Shown here piece by piece: positions 58,708-64,000 of a stretch of 64,000 bases of DNA. The translations under genes and the position numbers were made by a program. Every line of letters starts with the position of its first letter. Within the stretch, counting starts at the first letter, position 1. The DNA comes from an uncultured Chloroflexia bacterium (GTDB lineage Bacteria; Chloroflexota; Limnocylindria; Limnocylindrales; CSP1-4), in contig CAVQDZ010000001.1 in NCBI GenBank assembly GCA_963711405.1, forward strand, positions 90,703-154,702, written 5' to 3'. The notes beneath the pieces are model-generated. The model was not told the origin of the DNA, did no database searches, and saw only the letters and a program-made list of their open reading frames with translations.

Positions 58708-59314
58708 GCTTCGAGAGGATCGAGCTGACGTAGTTCTTGACCGTCTTGTCGGACAGAAAGACTTCCGCCGCGATCTCCTTGTTGGTCTTGCCCTCGGCGA
58801 CCAGGAGCAGGATCTTCTGCTCCTGCGAAGTCAGCTGCGCGAGCTCGTCCGTGGCGCCACCGGTGGCGATGCGGCGCACGCGCTCGAGCACTTTCTCCGT
58901 CACTGCCGGATCGAGTAGGGATTCGCCACGACCGACGGCCTCGAGCGCTGCCACCAGGTCGCGCCCGCGGACCTGCTTGAGCAGGTAGCCGCTCGCGCCG
59001 GCGACGATCGCGGAGAAGACCGCCTCCTCGTCCGGGTAGCTGGTCAGGATCACGACGCGCGTACCGGGCAGCTCGGAGCGAATCTCGCGACACGCCTCGA
59101 TGCCCGAGCCATCGGGCAGGCGCACATCCATGATCACCAGCTCGGGCTGGAAGCGACGAGCGGCCTCGATCGCCTCGGCGACCGTGCCGGCCTCCGCCAC
59201 GACCTGGAAGTTGGGCCGGCGGCTGAGCATCGCGACCAGACCCTGGCGCACGACTTCGTGATCGTCGACCACGAGCAGGCGGAGCTGGCGCTCAACTGGT
59301 TGTGGGCTGGTCAT
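58643..59314 (-). CDS. NarL/LuxR response regulator, DosR/DevR-like
   Basis: VDDHEVVRQGL, DVRLPDGSGIEACREI, LTSY.DEEA, AGASGYLLK, TNKEIA...LSDKTVKNYVS.ILSKL closely follows the DevR pattern. Confidence 0.9.
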   Translation of the reverse strand: MTSPQPVERQLRLLVVDDHEVVRQGLVAMLSRRPNFQVVAEAGTVAEAIEAARRFQPELVIMDVRLPDGSGIEACREIRSELPGTRVVILTSYPDEEAVFSAIVAGASGYLLKQVRGRDLVAALEAVGRGESLLDPAVTEKVLERVRRIATGGATDELAQLTSQEQKILLLVAEGKTNKEIAAEVFLSDKTVKNYVSSILSKLNLQRRAQAAAYLAKRHSTSD

Positions 59315-60468
59315 TGGTTCCTCGTGGTCGAGATTGGGATCAGGAGCTCGAGTCGAGTCCCCGCGCCGGGCTCGCTGGTCAGGTTCATGATGCCGCCTAT
59401 CGCTTCCGATCGAGCGCTCAGATTGGTCAGGCCGCGCTGGCGGCTGCTGCGCGTCTGGGCGACATCGAAACCACGGCCATTGTCGCCGATCGCCAGCAGC
59501 ATCGCGCCGTCGCGCGCGCTCAGCGCCAGCGAGGCGCGCGTGGCCCCAGAGTGGCGCGCGATGTTGCTCAGCGCCTCGCGCGTGATGGCGAGCAGGTGCG
59601 CTGAGTCCTCCTGCGTTGGCTCGCTCAGATCGGCATCCAGGTGCAGCTCCAGATCGATCAGTGTGTTGGCCTCGAACTCGGCGGCGAGCGTCTGGATGCC
59701 CGTGGCAAGGTCGGCCCCGGCGAGCAGCTCGGGCTGGAGGCCCATGATGAAGTTGCGGATGTCGCGGATCGTGGCGTGGATCGAGTCGATCGCCCTGTCG
59801 GCCCGCGCTGCACCCTCCGTAGCATCTTCGGTGATCACCTCGGGCAGGTCCTCGAGCGACAGCGAGATCGCGTACAGGCTCTGGATGATCGAGTCGTGCA
59901 GGTCCTGGCTGATGCGCTGGCGCTCCTCGACGATCGCCAGGCGACCTATCTCCTCGTGCAGACGCGCGTTCTCGATGGCGATGCCGGCGTGTAGCGCGAA
60001 GCGCTCGACGAGCTGCAGGTCGCCCTCGCTGAACGATCCGCCGTCGATGCGGTTGGTGAGATACAGGTTGCCAACGGAGCGGCCCTTGGTATGCACGGGC
60101 ACGCCCAGAAACGAATGCATCTCAGGGTGGTTTGGCGGGAATCCGTAGCGCCGTTCGTCGGTGGCCATGTCGTCGATGAGGATCGAGTGGTCCTCGCGGA
60201 TGATCAGGCCCAGCAGGCCGTGGCCGCGCGGCGGCGCCCCGATCAGCGCGCGGATCTCGCTCGAGATGCCGCTGGTGATGAACTGCTCTATCTGGCCGAA
60301 GGATCCGACGATGCCCAGTGCGGCGTACTGAGCGCCGACAAGCTCGCGGACACGGTCGACGATGAGCTGCAGCACGCGCTCGACCGAGTCGATGGTGGCG
60401 ATGCCGCGCACGGCGGCATCGAGCGCCTCCAGCTGGCGGCGGAGCAGGGCCGCTTCGTCAGTGGGCAT
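59311..60468 (-). CDS. GAF-domain sensor histidine kinase, DosS/DevS-like (single GAF)
   Basis: GAQYAALG, PRGHGLLG, GFPPNHPEMHSFLGVP (heme-GAF-like His), ERQRISQDLHDSIIQ H-box, EALSNIARHS, DNGRGF. Confidence 0.9.
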   Translation of the reverse strand: MPTDEAALLRRQLEALDAAVRGIATIDSVERVLQLIVDRVRELVGAQYAALGIVGSFGQIEQFITSGISSEIRALIGAPPRGHGLLGLIIREDHSILIDDMATDERRYGFPPNHPEMHSFLGVPVHTKGRSVGNLYLTNRIDGGSFSEGDLQLVERFALHAGIAIENARLHEEIGRLAIVEERQRISQDLHDSIIQSLYAISLSLEDLPEVITEDATEGAARADRAIDSIHATIRDIRNFIMGLQPELLAGADLATGIQTLAAEFEANTLIDLELHLDADLSEPTQEDSAHLLAITREALSNIARHSGATRASLALSARDGAMLLAIGDNGRGFDVAQTRSSRQRGLTNLSARSEAIGGIMNLTSEPGAGTRLELLIPISTTRNQ

Positions 60469-60486
60469 CGCCAAAGAGCGTACCAG

Positions 60487-60525
60487 CGGCCCTAACGGTC
60501 ACGAGCATTAGGGCCGAACGTCACT
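60487..60525. promoter_or_regulatory. Tandem DosR/OsdR-like boxes between divergent kinase and multicopper oxidase
   Basis: AGGGCCGAACGTCACT (60510-60525, centred about -43.5 from ATG 60561) and reverse-complement GTGACCGTTAGGGCCG (60487-60502). Confidence 0.6.
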
Positions 60526-60560
60526 GTCGCGCGCCGACCAGACTCGCCGACCATCCGGCA

Positions 60561-61684
60561 ATGACAAAGCTGCTGCAATCCTCGATCGACCGCCGCGGGT
60601 TCCTGCGCCGCGGCGTGGTCGGCGCGGCCGGCGTTGCCGCCGCGACCATCGCGGCTTGCGCGCCCGGCGGCGTCGCGCGCTGGACGTATAACCCACAGTC
60701 GTCCGCACCTGGTGCCGGCGCATCGCTGTCGCCAACGCAGTCGGCTTTCGCTTCGCTCGCGCCGACCGCACCGGCCATGTCGATGGGGCCCGGCTCGCCC
60801 ATGGCGACGATGGCCGGCGACGACATGGACGCCCTGGCCGAGGCCGTCATCAAGCGCTTCCCTGAGACAACTGACAAAGTCGGTAATCAGCCGCTGGCGC
60901 CGACCATGGACGGCACGACCAAGGTCTTCGAGCTGACCTCGTCGGCGTTCCCGTGGCACATCGACGCGGTGCTCAAGCCGGTCGATGCGGTCGGCTACAA
61001 CGGCACTTGGCCCGGTCCGATCCTGCGCGTGACTGAGGGCGATCCGGTGCGCGTGATCCATCACAACAATCTGTCCGAGTCGACCGGCATGCACTTCCAC
61101 GGCCAGGCGGTGCCCAACAACATGGACGGTGTGCCGTTCATCACCCAGCCGCCGATCAAGCCGGGCGGAACCTTCGTGTACGAGTTCAACGCCGGCCCGT
61201 CCGGGTCGCACATGTACCACTCGCACCACAACGCTACCGACCAGGTTGGCCGCGGCATGCTCGGCGCGTTCATCGTTGATCCGGCCGACCCCGCCAAGCG
61301 CTACCAGGTCGACCAGGACATCATCTGGATCAGCAACGACGAGCTGGGCGGCTTCACGATCAACGGCAAGGGCTTCCCGGCCACGGCACCGATCGTCGCC
61401 AAGAAGGGCCAGCGCGTCCTGGTGCGCTTCATGAACGAGGGCGTGATGACCCACCCGTGGCACCTCCACGGCCAGCCCTTCCGTGTGGTCGCGCGCGATG
61501 GCTGGCCGCTGGGCACGGCCGAGTTCACATGCGACACGCTCGGCGTCAACCCGGGTGAGCGCTGGGACGTGATCATCGACTGCAGAACGTCGGCGTGTGG
61601 GCTTTCCACTGCCACATCCTGACCCACGCCGAAGGCCACTCAGGTATGTACGGCATGGTCACCGCGCTGATCGTCCAGGAGTGA
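60561..61684 (+). CDS. Tat-exported two-domain multicopper oxidase, frameshifted at ~61585
   Basis: DRRGFL Tat motif, MHFHG, MYHSHH, HPWHLHG. The C-terminal ..GVWAFHCHILTHAEGHSGMYGMVTALIVQE* is in another frame, ending at TGA 61684. Confidence 0.88.
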
Positions 61685-62208
61685 TGAAGGACCGCGACGA
61701 GATGGTCACAGAAGCGAAGTCGCTCGCCCAGGCGCGCACGAGCGACCCTGAGCTCTCGACGCCGCGCACGCAGCCGAGCAAGATCAAGACGGTCCTGCTC
61801 GCGACTGACCTGACCGCGGCATCGGAGGTTGCGACGGATCAAGCGATCGACTTGGCGGCCTCGATCGGCGCCAAGCTGCTCGTGGTCAACGTCATCGACC
61901 CGGGTCAACCCGGCGGCGGACCAGTCGCGCCATACCCCAGCGTCGTACGCGTCGACCAGCAGCGGGCAAACCGCGAAGGGCCGTTGCTCAATATCGTCGA
62001 GCGCGCCAGGATCCGCGGCATCGATGGCGCGTTCCTGCTCTGGACGGGGGAGCCCGGACTGGGCATCGTCGCCGCGGCAGAAGCGGAAAGCGCCGACCTG
62101 ATCGTCGTCGGCACGCGCGGGCTGGATCGCGCGGGACGGTTCCTGCTCGGCTCGGTGTCTGACTACGTCGTCTACCACAGCAGCTGCCCGGTGCTCGTCG
62201 CCCACTGA
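61684..62208 (+). CDS. Universal stress protein
   Basis: VLLATD, GEP...I, DLIVVGTRG, LLGSVSDYVV...CPVLV. Confidence 0.92.
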   Translation: MKDRDEMVTEAKSLAQARTSDPELSTPRTQPSKIKTVLLATDLTAASEVATDQAIDLAASIGAKLLVVNVIDPGQPGGGPVAPYPSVVRVDQQRANREGPLLNIVERARIRGIDGAFLLWTGEPGLGIVAAAEAESADLIVVGTRGLDRAGRFLLGSVSDYVVYHSSCPVLVAH

Positions 62209-62298
62209 CCGACTCGCGCCGGGGCCGTCGTGGCGGCGCCCAGCGCCGGGCGCGTTTGCCTCCATTCCGCTGGCTCCGGTGTGCGACGATCCGCCGCG

Positions 62299-64000
62299 AT
62301 GGCAGACGCGACGGCCGCCACCACCACCAGCGCGCATCATCGGCCGACAGAGGAGCTGCGCGACGACCCGCGCCTGGCTGATCTTTCGCCGACCACCGCG
62401 GCGGGGCTGACAGAGGCAGAGGCGACGCGACGACGCGCGGCGGGCATGGCCAACGACGCGCGGGTCGGCACCGGCCGGACGTACGCGGAGATCTTTCGCC
62501 AGAACGCGCTCAACCCGGTCAACCTGTTGCTCGTCGGCATCTCAATCGTGCTCGCGCTGCTCGGCCTGTGGGGCGACGCCGCGGTGACGGTCGTGCTCGT
62601 CGTTGTCAACGTGGTTGTTGGGGTTTACCAGGAGGGGCGGGCGAAGCAGACGCTCGATCGCCTGAGCATCCTGACCCGACCCACCGCGACCATCATGCGC
62701 GACGGGAAAGCCAGGGTCACCGACCAGCACGAGGTGGTGCTCGGCGACGCGCTGGTGGTCAAGCTGGGCGACCAGCTCATGCTCGACGGCCGGGTCATCG
62801 ACGGCGCGATGGAGGTCGATGAGTCACTCCTCACCGGCGAGCCGGACCGGATCCCCAAGCGCGCCGGAGCGGACGTCTATTCGGGCAGCGTGTGCGTCAG
62901 CGGCACGGCCACCTACGTAGCCACCCGCGTCGGCGCCGAGTCGTTCGCAAACCGGTTGACTTCGCAGGCTCGCGCGATGGGCGACGAGCCGACGCCGCTG
63001 CAACACGACGTCGGCCGCGTCATGCGCGCGATGACCGCGCTTGTTGTCGTCGCGGCGGTGCCGGTCGTGATCGGCATCTATGTGCGCACCGGCGGCATCG
63101 ACCCGATCGAGACGGCCCGTGCCGCGGCCGTCCTGGTCGCGCTCATCCCGCAGGGCCTGATCGTCATGGTCACCGTCACGTACGCGCTCGCGATCATCCG
63201 TCTCGCCGGAGGCAAGGCGCTCATCCAGCGCTCGAATGCGGTCGAGTCGATGAGCCGCGTGGATGTCCTGTGCCTGGACAAGACAGGCACGCTCACGACG
63301 CCACTGATCGAGCTTGTCGACACGCATTCGTTTGTCGACGAGCCAGAGCTGAAGGCGGCACTGGGCGACTTCCTCGCCTCGGCCAGTCTTGCGACGCGCA
63401 GCGCGGACGCGCTGCGCGCTGCTCACCCGGGCACGAAGCACGACATCGACAGCGAGGTGACATTCACGTCCGAGCTGCGCTGGTCGGGTCTGCGCTACGC
63501 GGCGGATCAGTCGCCCGATACGCCCTTCGGCATCTCGTACGTGCTCGGCGCGCCAGAGGTTGTGGGGCCGCACGTCAGCGGGCCTCGGGCCAAGGAGATC
63601 GCCGAGCTGACCCACACCTGGGCCGAAGACGGCTTGCGTGTGATGCTCTTTGCCGCGGCACCCGACACGGCCAGTCTGCGCGCGAGCGACGACTCGCCGC
63701 AGCTGCCCGACGGCATGCGCCCGCTCGCGCTGTTCGCGCTGCGTGAGCAGCTGCGGCCGGACGCGCGCGAGACGCTCGCTCGGCTCACGGCCGCAGGCGT
63801 CCGGCTCAAGATCATCAGCGGTGACAACCCGGTCACGGTCGCTGCACTGACCCGGCAGCTGGGTCTCGTGCTGGAGGGGCCGCCTACCTCCGGCCTTGAC
63901 CTGGCCGAGATGGATGACGCAGGTCTGGCCCATGCGATGGGCACGGCCACGGTCTTCGGCCGCGTCCCGCCGTCGCTCAAGGCGCGTCTCGTGCAGGCGC
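62299..64000 (+). CDS. Cation-translocating P-type ATPase (CtpE-like), truncated by window edge
   Basis: Own translation from ATG 62299: GLTEAEA, DESLLTGE, LIPQGL, CLDKTGTLT, IISGDNP, VFGRV.P. Confidence 0.9.
   Translation, partial: MADATAATTTSAHHRPTEELRDDPRLADLSPTTAAGLTEAEATRRRAAGMANDARVGTGRTYAEIFRQNALNPVNLLLVGISIVLALLGLWGDAAVTVVLVVVNVVVGVYQEGRAKQTLDRLSILTRPTATIMRDGKARVTDQHEVVLGDALVVKLGDQLMLDGRVIDGAMEVDESLLTGEPDRIPKRAGADVYSGSVCVSGTATYVATRVGAESFANRLTSQARAMGDEPTPLQHDVGRVMRAMTALVVVAAVPVVIGIYVRTGGIDPIETARAAAVLVALIPQGLIVMVTVTYALAIIRLAGGKALIQRSNAVESMSRVDVLCLDKTGTLTTPLIELVDTHSFVDEPELKAALGDFLASASLATRSADALRAAHPGTKHDIDSEVTFTSELRWSGLRYAADQSPDTPFGISYVLGAPEVVGPHVSGPRAKEIAELTHTWAEDGLRVMLFAAAPDTASLRASDDSPQLPDGMRPLALFALREQLRPDARETLARLTAAGVRLKIISGDNPVTVAALTRQLGLVLEGPPTSGLDLAEMDDAGLAHAMGTATVFGRVPPSLKARLVQA

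Noticed and set aside
62221-62236. GGGGCCGTCGTGGCGG as a further DosR-like box before the P-type ATPase
   Set aside because: Only the left half-site matches, which is too weak in high-GC DNA.

Overview
High-GC, gene-dense bacterial chromosomal segment. Gene content tentatively suggests a Chloroflexota-like soil or freshwater lineage (inference only). I found no rRNA, tRNA, CRISPR array or mobile element. (1) 1-22 kb is a surface-polysaccharide locus: O-antigen ligase/polymerase-like protein, priming sugar transferase, GT2/GT4/GT39 glycosyltransferases, two sulfotransferases, UDP-glucose dehydrogenase, a GAF-GGDEF cyclase and PolX. It also holds a RiPP-like cassette of ABC exporter, nucleotidyltransferase, GT4, a PqqD/RRE protein carrying its own leader/core-like tail, an HPr-kinase-like kinase and GT2, with no lasso cyclase or protease. 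(2) 22-43 kb is mostly housekeeping (MgtE-N + NRAMP, pseudo-methyltransferase, DUF885, MscS, acs, moaA, punA, thyX, aquaporin), plus three candidate structured RNAs and an orphan DnaA-box cluster. (3) 43-64 kb is a hypoxia/fermentation island: xfp-ackA, split PFOR with an intervening CBS gene, CoA transferase, NirK-cupredoxin fusion, Rrf2, a DosRS/DevRS-like two-component system, a two-domain multicopper oxidase, USPs and a P-type ATPase. Its promoters share a 16-bp AGGGCCG-NN-(C/T)G(G/T)C(A/C)(C/G)N DosR/OsdR-like box. At least six single-base frameshifts interrupt otherwise intact genes and are probably sequencing or assembly errors.
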